Below the pieces are notes generated by a model. It had not been told where the DNA came from, made no database searches, and saw nothing but the letters and a program-made list of their open reading frames with translations. Of a stretch of 64,000 nucleotides of DNA, positions 51,891-64,000 are shown piece after piece. Made by a program: the position numbers and the translations under genes. Source of the stretch: Glaucostegus cemiculus. Taxonomy: Eukaryota. Position 1 is the first letter of the stretch. Every line of letters starts with the position of its first letter. The stretch lies in contig CDPCPM010000114.1 of assembly GCA_976551045.1 (NCBI GenBank), positions 9,052,001 to 9,116,000 of the forward strand, read 5' to 3'.

Positions 51891-54129
51891 ATACCTCGTC
51901 CAGATCCTGTTTTCCCCATCGGGAAATTCATTGTATCTTTCAACTAAAAAGCAGGTAAGAAGGTGATATGCATTAATTTCAATGCACTTTCCCGTTTCCT
52001 TAATATATCTAGCAAAGAAGATAAAAACATCCACAGCTGGAATGTGAGGGTGTGCGTCTGTTATGTCATAGTCCAGTCTAGTGAGAGCAGATTCTTGGTG
52101 TACCCTTCTGTCAGAAAGGTACACCAAGACTCTGCCTTCAGAGCTGACAGTGGCACTAAACTCCTCTTTTCTCTGAAGGTATGCAGAAACTTTGAGCCTC
52201 CAGCGATGCTTCTGAAGGTCATGTCAAAATCACCATGACCTGGGAAATGCTGCAGCCAGATGATATCCATGGCCTTGAGTCCACAACACTCAAACAACAC
52301 ATTTTCACTGTTCTGACTCCACCCACATTCCTCACTGTCACCTTCACAGTGTTGCAAACACCCTGGCCATCTGCTTGATTAGCTGCTATGGCTGATTCAA
52401 GAAGCAAGCTGCCGTTGCCAGAGTCTGTTCTTCTTACATGTAATATGTCACTCTGAGTTAGTTTTAGCTTTGAAGCAGAAATAAACTCACTAGTAACTTG
52501 CTCACACTTTACAATCAGGCTGCTCTGTCATGTGTGATCCATGCTGAACTGAATCCTGTGTAATCGGGTTTGTGCCTTTTCCCTAACAAATGGTCATATA
52601 AGTATGTTGTTACATCAGAATAGAAGGTGAAAGTACTGCTGTGTATTACATAGAACTGATTTGATTTCTGTGATCATTTATTTTCAGATCCTCCCCAGTT
52701 GGCAATGCCTGATGTGTGTACAGCCTGTACATACAAACAAGCGTGTGGGAGACTGGTGGGATGGATTTGCCAGCTGCTGCAAGCATCTTCTGCCATGTGG
52801 GAACTCAGCCTGTGGCCGTATTTCCAACTTGCGAACTGTTCAGGTTACGAACAGTTCACAGGAATGGAACCCTTCTGTAACCTGGGGAGGACCTATGTTA
52901 CTTCGAATGCCAAAAGTCCAACTAATTTTGTCTTCATCCCTAAACTGTATATCCTGTTTGGTGTCACTAGCAAGATTATCTAATGTTTTAATTTACTGAC
53001 TTCAGTTATGTCTGTGAACCTAAACTAATCTGAACAATGTAAATGTACCCAAACTTGACCAACCTAGTTTGGCCTCTTGGCTTTGAGAATACATATGGTT
53101 TCCACCATCTGTGACATCCGAGTAAGATCCATTAATCCTGTCACTTTTAATGACATTTGTATAATTATTTTGCTCAATTATTATTTTACTTCTTATTTTT
53201 CCCTGCTTCAATCCCTCCATGATTGCTTGCTTTGACAAAACTCACTTATTCAGTGCATCCAGTAAATTTGTCTCAGTATCAGACTTGGCTAGAGTTATGG
53301 AAATGTATTTTCAGTCATTTGTAAACATAGAATTAAATCAATAATGTACCACTGCAAAAAAGATCACATATAATTATTACTACCTGTGCACTGTATAAAA
53401 AGATCAACAAAGTCATTTATGATGCATGTGAAAAACAAAATGACACGACAATACAATTCAGAAAAACAATCACTTTATAAACTGATTCATGCCATTTGTC
53501 AATAATGCAGCCAATGGCTGTGCATCACACTGATTTGTGCAATGACATAAATTAATAAAAATAAATATATTGGTATTTTCAGCTTAATGTGTTCCAAAGC
53601 TCAACATTTACAATTTACATTTGAAACATGAATTGTAAGTTTTTCTATCTGGTGTTCTCTGGCAATGTAAAGCTGCAGCAACCAGATACTTTACAAAATT
53701 GTACATAAAGTGCAAAGTAATTTGTAGGTCAAGCATGGATCTGATAAAGGAAGAGCAATAGGGTATAGCAAATTTGTTGTGGTGGATGAGGAAATACAAT
53801 TTTTAAGAGTTAATGACCAGTACAGGCTGATAACAGTTGAGGGGATCCATTAAATTGAATCATTCTCAGTAATTCCTCCAATCATATTTGGACTTTGGAG
53901 GTCACATCTGCCTCTGTCTGGCACCCATGACATCTGGAGTGATACACAACAATGCTTTGCACTCTTGTAGTGTGTGTTACTTAATGTATGTTGTGACAAT
54001 GGCTCTGGAGCTGTCATTAGGATATTGCAAAATTGGTTTGATCGTTATCACTTGGAATGAATCTGTTCTTTATTGAGCCTGGCAAATGACCCAAGCCCAA
54101 AAGGCTGTAGCCATTTGTAATTGAAACTG

Positions 54130-54220
54130 ATAATTCTGGGGACACTCAGCAGGTCAGGCAGCATCTGGGGAGAGAGAAACAGAGTTAATGTATCTTGTGA
54201 CCTTGCATCAGAACTAGTCA
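54130..54220 (-). mobile_element. Penelope-derived repeat fragment
   Basis: ACTCAGCAGGTCAGGCAGCATCTG..GACCTTGCATCAGAACT. Confidence 0.65.
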
Positions 54221-54902
54221 GATCAGGTACCGATAAAAGTTAAAAGTCCTCAGGGTGAAGGCAGGCTCTGACTGACCCTGATAACATGGGTTTTTGCTGG
54301 GTTTTAATTGAGTGCTCACCACCTCTTTCCCTTCAGCCCTATCTCTGCCTCTTTGCTTTCAACCCCGTCATTTAATTCATGATTGCAAATGTTATACTGT
54401 TACTTTTTGGACTCTCACAAAATCATTGGAAATGGTTGATAGCCAAAATGCTGAAGTCACATACCCAGGCAGAGAGAAACAGATTGCACATACTACACAT
54501 ACATGAAATGTTGCTGTTTCTGCCAGGCCCAATCTGCCTTGCAGTACAAAAGGATGAGTTTGAAGCACAGGAAGCTGTTTCATACTGCAGAGAGATTTTT
54601 GAGAGATGTTTATGCAGCAGGCAGAAATGACTGCAGGTGGGTGGAAAAGATGTAGCAGGACACAAAGATAAATGCTGTGGGCAGAAGAAAGAAATCACGA
54701 TCGACAGAATAAAGCCAATGCTGCCACAATTATCATTACTGTTTCCATACTGATGAGATCGGATGCTTTTCACAACCTGATGACCCAAAACACTGCACAG
54801 CCAATGAAGAAAGCAGCAGCCTATATGTGCACAGCAAGGTTCCACAAACCATAATAATTACCACCTTTGTGAACCTCTCTCCCCTGCATTCCATCCGTTC
54901 AG

Positions 54903-55175
54903 TCATAGTGTCATGCAGCACAGAAACAGGCCCTTTGGCCCACATGTCTATTTTAACTGCCAGGTACCTCTGGAGACTTGTCCCATTTGCCAGCACTTGG
55001 TCCATCGTCTTCCATTCCTTGGTGGTCCAAGTACTCACCAAGAGACTTACTAACTGTTGTATGAGTACCTGTCTCCACCAGCTCGTTGGAGAGCATATTC
55101 CAGGTTCCAACCACCCACTAGGTGAAGAAGGGTCTCCCTCAGGTCCTTATTAAACCTCTTAGCTATGATCCTGAA
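54903..55175 (-). mobile_element. CR1 LINE 3' end
   Basis: GTGGGCCAAAGGGCCTGTTTCTGTGCTG on minus strand; VVGTWNML. Confidence 0.8.
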
Positions 55176-55303
55176 CCTACGTCATCCAGTATTTTCCCTA
55201 TTGTTCTTCCCTGCACCTCTCACTTTCCCTGTAATGTAAAACTTATTTTTATCTCGTACATCTCACAGTTCCAGTGAAAATCCAATAACCTGTAATATTA
55301 TTG

Positions 55304-55550
55304 ACCTGGGTTCAATTCCTGCCACTGTGCGTTAGGAGTTTGTACATTCTCCCTTTGACTGCATGGGTTACCTTCGGGTGCTCCGGTTTCCTCCCACGTT
55401 CCAAAGACGTACGAGTTAGGAAGTTGTAGGCATGCTATGTTGGCGCCAAAAAAGTGGTGACTCTTGCGGGCTGCCCCCAGAACACTCTATGCAAAAGATG
55501 CATTTCACTGTGTGTTTCGATGTATATGTGACCAATAAAGTTATCTTATC
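55304..55550 (+). mobile_element. V-SINE
   Basis: B-box GGTTCAATTCC; GGTGCTCCGGTTTCCTCCCAC; AATAAAG..ATCTTATC tail. Confidence 0.9.
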
Positions 55551-56069
55551 AACTTTTTCTTCTCTCTCCACGGATCCAGGCGGACCTCTAGATTATTTTC
55601 CAGCAATTTTTATTTTATTTCAGATTTGCAGCATGTGAAGTATTTTGCTTCCAGAAAACTCTTCTTTTTTTATAGCCACCCCCATGCCTGAGCAGCAGCC
55701 CCTCGGTACCACACTGAGGAGTTAGGTTGGACTTTGTGCTTAGGTTACTGGAGCAGAACTCATGATCGAGAGATTTGCCACCTATCTGAAGCTGACATCC
55801 AATGCAACCCAGTGTAAGGATGACTTTTTTTTATAATTATGAGGACTAAAGCAGACTAAAGCATAAACTCATTGAGTTTATGCGAAACAGAATAAAAATG
55901 TTGGTATTACTAACAGTTATGAGAGCTCCAAATCTAGAAATAGGGATAAAGGATGAAGCTGTTTTATTGCAGAATACTATGGATTTGCATTTTTCAGAAC
56001 TTCACAGCATTGCAAAGAAAATTACAGTCAGCTATATGTGAAGTTTGGTCTTTGTTGTAATGTTGAACC

Positions 56070-57315
56070 ATCGTAATGCTGCTGGTGAAGTTTCTGCCAC
56101 AGTGTTGTTGAGCATGTAGATCCAGGATTTAGAACCATGCGAAGTGTTGTACAACTTGGAAGGGAACTTGCAGGCAGTAATGATTCGATGCAGTCTCTGC
56201 TCCTACTCTTGGTGTTTGAGGTTGAGTGTTCGGGAGGTGATGTTGAAGTAGTCTGGGTAAGTAATTGTGTGTGGTATATACTGTGCATCAGTGGAAGGAA
56301 GAAATATTTTGGGTGGTGAATGGGTGGCAATCAAGTGGCTTGCTTTGTTCACGATGGTGTTGAGTTTCTTGTGTATTGTTGGAGCTACACTCATCCAGGT
56401 AAGTGGAGAGTGGTCCATCACACTGCGACTTGGTGAGAAAGCCGGAGTAAGGCCTGGAGCCAAGTGATCCTGACAAATCCCAAACATTAGTGGGCACATG
56501 ATTGGTGAATAAGTGCCACCTGATACCACTGATATCTTTTATCACTTTGCTGATGGTTAAAGGTGGACTGAAGAGGAGGCGATTAAGCAAATTGGATGTT
56601 TGTGGACAGAACACACCTGGGTAATTTTCCACATGGTGAGGTCGATGACGTTGTTGTAATTGATCACAAGATAAGAGAGCAGAAGTAGGCCATTCAGCCC
56701 ATGAAGTCTGCTCCAAAGAGAAGGGGAAAAGAAAAAGAAATGAGAAATGTGGCGGGGGGGGAGGGAGTCTGCTCCATGAGCAAAAAAAACCTGTTCTAAC
56801 CCCAATTTCCGGCCTTATCCCCATACCCCTTGATACCTTGATGAATTAGATATCTATCTATCTTCTCTTTAAACGCCCCCCAATGATCGGGCCTCCACTG
56901 CTGTACGTGGTAAGGAATTCCATAAATTCACTACCCTCTGGCTAAAGAAATTTCTCCTCATCTCTGTTTTAAACCTGTACCCTCTAATTCTAAGATTGCG
57001 CCCTGTGGTCCTGGACTCACCCACCAAAGGAACCAGCTTGCACTGAAATGGTTTGTCTCGAGACACAGCTGGTTCTGGAGCACAAGTCTTCAATGTCACA
57101 GGCCAAGTTGTTGCTTGGTCCCACACCCATTGCTCTTTCTTTGGTGCTTTTCTTTTAATTTTGCCTCTGTGATTCTACTCCCAGCTATTTCTTTGTATTG
57201 CATGGAGTGAATCTAACTGGCTGAAGCCTGTCTTCTCTGAGGCTGGGGACCACAGGAGGAATCAAATGGGTTCATCTACTTCACGCTTTTGGCTGAAAAT
57301 GGTTGTGAAACCATT
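56070..57315 (-). mobile_element. Old CR1/L2-group LINE split by a younger CR1
   Basis: SVMDHSPLTWMSVAPTIHKKLNTIVNKASHLI; LKTCAPEPA segment at 57040-57120; same family as 14120-14690. Confidence 0.7.
56668..57036 (-). mobile_element. CR1 LINE 3' end (distinct subfamily)
   Basis: PLVGESRTTGRNLRIRGYRFKTEMRRNFFSQRVVNLWNSLP; tail GGGCTGAATGGCCTACTTCTGCTC. Confidence 0.92.
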
Positions 57316-57324
57316 AGATAAGGA

Positions 57325-57445
57325 TGAGATGAGATTTCTTTATTAGTTACATATACATTGAAATGCACAGTGAAATGCATCTTTTGCGTAGAGTGTTCTG
57401 GGAGCAGCTCGCAAGTGTCACCACGCTTCCGGCACCAACGTAGCC
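57325..57445 (-). mobile_element. V-SINE 3' half
   Basis: Matches 11495-11605. Confidence 0.85.
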
Positions 57446-59557
57446 TTGTCTTTGGCTGTTGGGCCACACTGAAAGTTGTTATGCTTATATGTCTATATGT
57501 TTGTTATGCCAATCATAATTCTCTCTTGGTGTGGTACAAGTACTACTCTACAGTGCAACTTAAATTATGATCCTAACAGGGTAGACCTTCTCACAAATCA
57601 CAGAAGAGTTTAAATTGTTATTAATGTTCTTTGTTTTTTATTTCATTCAGTGAAAGTGCCCAACTGATACCAACACCTGCAAAGATGTAGTAACTTAGCA
57701 AATTTGACCCTGTCAAAAATTCTCATGTGTACCTAATGATCAAATTCAACATGTGTAAGTATAGGCAGAGATGATCAAATACTTTATGGAGCATGATGGC
57801 TCCTGTGCTGCTGGGAGTGTGGAAATGTCATCTGTAGAATCCAGCTGGTCAGGGTTGAATAACGCAGGTTGTCATGTTAAATTGATATCCTGGAGTTTTG
57901 CTAAATTACCTTGGAGGTTTAGGAAGAAATTTGATCAAGCTTTATCATCTGCCAAGTGACATCTGTGGGCAGTTGACACCTACCAAGTATATATAAAAAA
58001 AAGGATTAAATTCATAGTAGGACAGATTATACAGGGTCACCTGAAATTGTAGGATTAACTGGACACACGCCATTTTTTCCATTCCTTTCAGTATTTCTGG
58101 ATTTATACACTTTTAGCATTTGCAGGGCTTATTTCATTCGATTGCGCCTATCCTATATAAGTTCTGGAACAATGATTAAATAATACTTCCGTGTATATCA
58201 ATCTTTTTCACATGGATATATCTCAGACTGTTTCATGCAATCTACTACTTTATGTTGCAGACTTTTGTTCAGCAAGATCTTGAAATAATTAGCTCACAAA
58301 TATTACTCTCTTAATTCCAGCAAATGTTTAACCCATCTCCTGTGAGTGGTTGATTTTGACCTTGCCTGAGAAAGTAAATTGATAATAACAAATCAGTAGC
58401 ATATTTTACACCTTTCCTGATTTTTATATCCATTGAACTCAAGGAGTAAATTAATGAGGAAAATTCCTTGCAAATGATCAGAGATGTCACCAGCTCTACT
58501 TTAGCAGTCTGCTTTTATCTAAGCAAGGTCCTGACATTATGAAGGTATTGAATTCACAATACCCTTTGAAAAGTAATGCATGGAAGCAAAATGAGCTTGA
58601 GAGATGATGGGATGTGCTTTTAATGTGCTTTCTTCTCAGTGAAGTAGTTTCATACTGCAAGGCTCATGTAACTTTTGGCCAAAGTAATCGACTTAGAAAC
58701 AGAATTGATAGAATCATTAGCTATTCAGTAGGGTGAACAATAACACTCACAGAATATAAAGTGAAGCGAAAGTTGTATTTTCAGAATTAGTAAGGGCATA
58801 TTTATTGACTTTGAACCGACTGCCTTCTCAGTCGGAGATGCTTTTTGCTGCCAATGTCTAAATGCCCACAACTAATAACCAATATACAGGAACTCTGACC
58901 TACAAAACTGAAATAGTTGCCAATTTAGTAATAGCAAGACATTTTATCTTGCATAGCTTTAAGTCCATGAATTTGCGATGTCTGTTAAATCCTCTTCAAA
59001 ACTACTGTACGGTGGATGAGGCAGAGATTGGCTCTCCTGTTGGTTTATTTTGACAGATGCTCTTCCAGTGATAAAGAAAAGCTTACTTGGAGTTTACATG
59101 GGAAGTAATTGTCATCCTAACTTTCTTCATTGATGTTTCAAGTAGCTTTTGAAATTGATAATTTCCATTATCGGTACTCTGGGAGAGCAGTACTAGGTGG
59201 AAAAAATGTTTAAAAATGCTTAACATTACTTACTAAATAGTTTTCCTTAATGTATAGCGTATTAACATATAGCGTGGTACCATTTTGAGAACTATAGCAT
59301 ATGACCTGTGTATGGGTATACTTTTGGTAACTTGCTCAAAAGTCTGTATCTCTATGTGAAATGCTGTTTGCATAATGTAATTTCTTTTCTAAATAAAGCA
59401 ACATTGCTAGTTCAAGTTATAGGCCAGTATCTTGGAATGAATGTGAACAGATGCTGATATGCTCTGCAATATAAGCAACTGCCTCTGTTACTCCACCAAA
59501 TGCTGAATTTGAGACTGGCAGTCTTGGGGAGGCTGTTCTTGAAAAGTAAGCAATAAA

Positions 59558-59925
59558 ATTGCAGATGCTGGAAATCTGTAATAGTGCTGGAAGTACTCAG
59601 CAGGTCAGGCAGTATCTAAGGTGAGAAACGGGTGGTGTTTCAGGTCTGTGGTTCATCATTACAACAAGAACTAATTGTTCCTCTGTAATTCCATCATGAG
59701 ACAGAAGAAAATTCAAAGAATTCCAGATGCTGGAAGTTTGAAACAAAAACAGAAAATGATGGAAATGCTCAGCTAACCAGGTAGTGTTTGTAGAAAGAAA
59801 AAGAGTAGTAATGTTTCATGTGAAAGAAATTCCCTTTGAAGATTCTTTGACCTGAAATGTTAACACTATTTTCTCTGCCCACAGATGCTCCCTGATCTAC
59901 TGACTATTTCCAGCATTTTGTGTTT
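59558..59925. mobile_element. Cluster of old Penelope-derived repeats, including an inverted pair
   Basis: Two GATGCTGGAA..CTCAG units, then the reverse unit TGACCTGAAATGTTAAC..CACAGATGCT..TTTCCAGCATTTT. Confidence 0.65.
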
Positions 59926-61218
59926 TGTGTGGGACACAATGGGTCTCGATACTTGTCTGGTACTTGTTATGTACTACTTTGGTCTCATGAGGCTCAGACC
60001 GATACATATATTGACTCTCAGTCTTCTATACATTGGCTCCCACTGGATAAAAGACCTGTACGGGACAGGTGTGTATCTTCAGAAAGGCCTGGGAACACCA
60101 ACATCAATACTGCCACCGGAAATTAAATGAAGATGGACAAAAGAAGCATCACAAAAATCCCCCTTCCCCCAACCCCTCCTCCCCACCCAGGCATAATGAA
60201 ATTAGCTCACCATTTGAAGTGAGGTGTTCCTTGAAGTATCTGAATCCCACTTAATTTTCCTCCTTGGAAATACAGGAAAATGTGGGTGAAAATGCTGATA
60301 ATTTTCCACACTGAGATTTCCTGAATTCTGGTAAAGAATATATGATACTGTTGAGTAAAAACCCAAAATTATGTTCAATCCTGCTGGCAGAATTGTGCCA
60401 TGCTGTCAACAAAGGTACTCCACATTCTTCTGATCACTGTTTAAGTTCTGGTAGATTCCTGTGGTAACACCTTAACTCAGCTGACCACGTACACACAAGT
60501 TTAATGAGTAGCATGGATCAACTGAGGACAGGATAGCATCAGTATGTTTCATAAACTGATTTGATTGCATCATCTGTTTTGGAACTAAGTTGCAACATTT
60601 CGAAGTGATGCAGCTCCTGTCCAGTGCTATCTAAATAAGACGTACTCGAGATAGTTTCTCCTCTAATTTCAAATATGGCAGTGTTCCATTAAGAATTTTC
60701 ATCAGTTTGACCACAGATTAGCACCATCATCAAGGCCTGAGAACAGATTAAATTAGTTTTCATTGGGGAAAACAAAACTCTCAAAAAGGAGAAGGCATAC
60801 ATTTTTAATTATTATGTGAGCAATTGCTAACAGTATGATACCAGAATGTAATGGCTTCATCAAGAAGCCCAGGCATTCTCATTGTGGCTAAATTTAATTG
60901 GAAAATTAACAAACTTGAAGTGGAAGCCAATTATTCAAGAACTGGGAAGGACAGTGCATTGTAATCTGAAGAAGGGACAGAAATAGGCAGAAGAGTCCCA
61001 ACTGTCATTGGTGGATCAGAGTATGGATCACTTACATCAAGTAAAATGAAGTATCCTGAGCTGTTCTTTACTGAGAATGCTTAGAATGTAAAACTCACTT
61101 TGACAAAGAGTGCTCGAGATTAATTTAAGTGAACACCAGATGGGGAGGGGTGAAACCGCAGGAGGATATTCTATTCGTTAACGGAGGGTGGGAAAAGTTG
61201 CATGTGGTATGTAAATGT

Positions 61219-61759
61219 GGTGTCTCGCTTCCATCCGGCGCAGACATATACAAAGACCGTTGTGTGAGGAAGGCCAAAAGCATAATGGCCGACCCTTCTC
61301 ACCCCTCCCACCACCTCTTCACAATTTTGCCATCAGGGAGGAGGCTTAAATGTATCAGGGCAAGAACGACCAAGCTGAACAATAGCTTCTTTCCACAAGC
61401 CATCAGAACTGCAAACTCTCTCATCCCTTCATCTTCCTTTGTTAACACTAAGAGATGCTAGGTGCACAGAAATACACCAGCACTTTAAATGCCCGACACC
61501 AGCCCGCTCACTTTGATAACTATTTGTTTGTTTGCCAGCCATTTTTAATTTAATCTGCGTACTTTAATTTAATTTTAACTTCCGTAGCTTTTAATGTCTA
61601 ATGTTTTGTAATGTTTATTCTGTCAAGTGTGTATGTGTGTCTCTGTTGGTTGTTATGTTATTTTATGGGACGAGCACCTGAGGAGGACGGTATCTCGCTC
61701 CTATGCATACTATGTATGTATATGGTTGTGACAATAAAAACTGATTCTGATTCTGATTC
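61219..61759 (+). mobile_element. Young 5'-truncated Rex1/Babar LINE, same family as 26916-28076
   Basis: [50 protein letters not shown]; (CTGATT)n tail; TAAATGT TSD at 61212-61218 and 61760-61766. Confidence 0.95.
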
Positions 61760-63424
61760 TAAATGTTGGTGCGGACTAGATCAGTTGAATGACCTTTTAT
61801 GATACCATACATTCTTTGTAACACTTCATAACTGAACCACTTATTTTAACTTATTTGGAAATAATCCTTTGCAAGTAAATTTTAGGACATAACTGAGCAA
61901 GCCCTGGGATCTGTCATTTGAGGGATTTGACAAACCTCACAAAATGCAATCCTCTCTTGCTCACTTATGTTACTTCCCTCTGTTTGTGGATGTTTTATGT
62001 GTTGAGGGCTAAAACATATTTTCTTCAAGCTTTCACTGAACAATTGTCAGGAAAAGGATTATAGGACTGAAGTATAACTTAGTTCATGTCAGTACTGGTG
62101 ATGAATGCCAAGCATTGTATGGGATAGTTCTAGTACCTCTTGCTCTTCTTAAGAAGAAAAGAAGGAAGCTCTGAACCCATCCCTGCCAAATCCAAACTTT
62201 TCAATGCATGTGTCATCACCACCATTTGTAGCAACAGGTTTGATAGTACTTGTGCGAAAGTTGAATTTTATTCAAACAGCATGTGGTGTTAGAACTGAAT
62301 ACATTAACTGGAAGAGGGGTGGGTAGTGGAAAAAAAGGAACTTGTTAAACAGTACAAAATCTCCAACTTCCATGAAACAAGTGTTAATTAACATTAATTT
62401 AGGACCTGCTGCTCAGAGACAGTCACACAGTAGAATTTGACATACGTTGATCAGAGCATAATAAGATTAATAATTCACAACATGAATGTAGAATCTACTG
62501 CCATTGAATCATGCACAATTTGCCAATAAAAACAAGATGCAGTAAAATTTGCTGCTTATTTTGCATCAACCATCATCATATGTGAAATTAGCGGTAAGAA
62601 GGCAAGTAACCATTCCTGCAAGTTGGAAAAAATAATTGCTAGCTAGGCCTTATGAAATAATAACCAAAACCATAGGGCAGAAGTCCAGTGATCATCAATC
62701 AGCCAAACTGCCTCTCTGATCCTTTTGGTGAGATTTGCCTGTCTGTGTAGCTATAGGTACAGGGGATTTTCTAGACAAACAACTGTGTTCTCGAACTTAT
62801 GGATCCATATTGGTACTGTCTGACATTTACTTTCAACTCATTGGGCGCATATATAACATGGTTTCTGCACCGTACCTGTGGCATACAAGAAACATGCCAC
62901 ACCCCACTTCCACCAACTCTCATGAGAAATTCCCTGAGGCCAAAAACAGAACACATTCCCCCTCTCTCTGGTAATTAATCTGACAATGATTATGGGGGAA
63001 ATCAAGTGAAGATGTGCTTTGTCACAAATTTTAGTCCTTCCATTCCCAAGACACCTACCATTCACCCAAAAAGAATGGAAGTCAGAGACGAATACACCTA
63101 ACAAAAATTGTAATACAACACAATAGTCAACCACAGACTTGAACCATCAGGGAAGCAATTTCATGAAAATTTGTTCAGCAAACAATTTTTTTTGATTGCA
63201 CATACAAGATGCAGTGGTGTGAATTATATCAAGATGTTGCATGATTCACACACAGCATCATCAATTCTCTTGGCTCATTTCCCTTGCACAAGAAAAAAAA
63301 GCTTGTCAAACATTTTCATGAAATCATTGACACTTTGCTTTTGTACAGTTGGAGGAAGAAGAATCTTAAAGCAAGGTAGAAAAGTGATGTTGCTACAGTA
63401 ACACTGGCACCATAGCAACAATAT

Positions 63425-63890
63425 TATGCTCACAAAATTGTGGAGGAACTCAGCAAGTCAGGCAGCATCTATGGAGAGAAACAAAACAGTCGACCTTTCA
63501 AGTCCAGACCCTCCATCAAAATTCTTCCAGCCAAATTCCTCCAGCATTTTGCATGTGTTGCTCCAGATTCCAGTATCTGCAGGGTCTCTTGTGTCTCCGT
63601 CTTGCTGCTCCACTGCAAAGTCTCTTTGAGGTATGCCTACCCTGAAGAAGGTTTCCTCCGAAGGCAGTTCTGTGAGGCCTTCTCTCACTGCCGCCCCCCC
63701 CCCCATGATATCTGCTGCTCTCCAGCTCTTTGACCATGTGCTCATCCAGACTAGTCCTGAGGAAGGGCCTCAACCTGAAAGGTCAACTGTTTATTTCTCT
63801 CCTTAGATGCTGCCTAACCTGCTGAGTTCCTCCAGCATTTTGTGTGTGTTGCTCCAGATTCCAGCACCTGCAGAATCTCTTGTGTCAACA
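63425..63890. mobile_element. Penelope-derived repeats: inverted mini-pair (63425-63600) and a direct copy with hammerhead remnant (63753-63788)
   Basis: AGTC CTGAGGA A GGGC CTCA ACCT GAA AGGT C AACT followed by GATGCTGCCTAACCTGCTGAGTTCCTCCAGC. Confidence 0.8.
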
Positions 63891-64000
63891 ATATTCTGCT
63901 GCCTCTTTATGTAAGAGATGCAAAGCGGTAACATCAGATCAGTTCCCTGTACCAGATGTTCCCTGCAAATCAAAGAGCTTCTGCTTCTCATTGAAAGTTA

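Larger units (their letters stand above)
46800..52420 (-). mobile_element. Near full-length decayed Tx1-like LINE (ORF1 + ORF2) with nested insertions
   Basis: Minus-strand order: ORF1 GQGVCNTVK, FPGHGDFDMTFR, PHIPAVDVFIFFARY, HPP..GGSHGYMVYSGQ; endonuclease LLLLQE..CSGDKDC, ADSKLDSTSKLLIEMVKDAKL; RT KSFYA, IIILICK, QTCAV..RKI, KIGFGE, RQG..EPFAES, FELAS; post-RT LIATFVCSCIKLC, QNASS. Confidence 0.85.

Noticed and set aside
55861-55888. Palindrome GCATAAACTCA-T-TGAGTTTATGC followed by GAAAC as a hammerhead
   Set aside because: No CUGANGA box next to the stem; only a short local palindrome

Overview
Eukaryotic, repeat-rich, non-coding 64-kb window. The repeat families point to a cartilaginous fish, probably a ray or shark (inference from repeat types only). 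I found no convincing host protein-coding exon, rRNA, intact tRNA or CRISPR array. Every ORF I could recognise is a retrotransposon remnant: CR1, Rex1/Babar, L1, Tx1, R2-like, RTE, L2-group LINEs, tRNA-derived V-SINEs and Deu-domain SINEs. Main points: (1) a dispersed Penelope-like family whose terminal repeat reconstructs to a minimal type I hammerhead ribozyme, including an inverted element at 19.3-20.3 kb; (2) a nearly full-length Tx1-like LINE fossil (46.8-52.4 kb, minus strand) carrying nested insertions, R2-type RT fragments away from rDNA, a 63-bp piece copied from 11 kb upstream and two near-perfect palindromes; (3) repeat-free stretches with enhancer/promoter-like motifs. Repeat boundaries are approximate unless a TSD or exact motif is given, and family assignments come from remembered motifs, not database searches.
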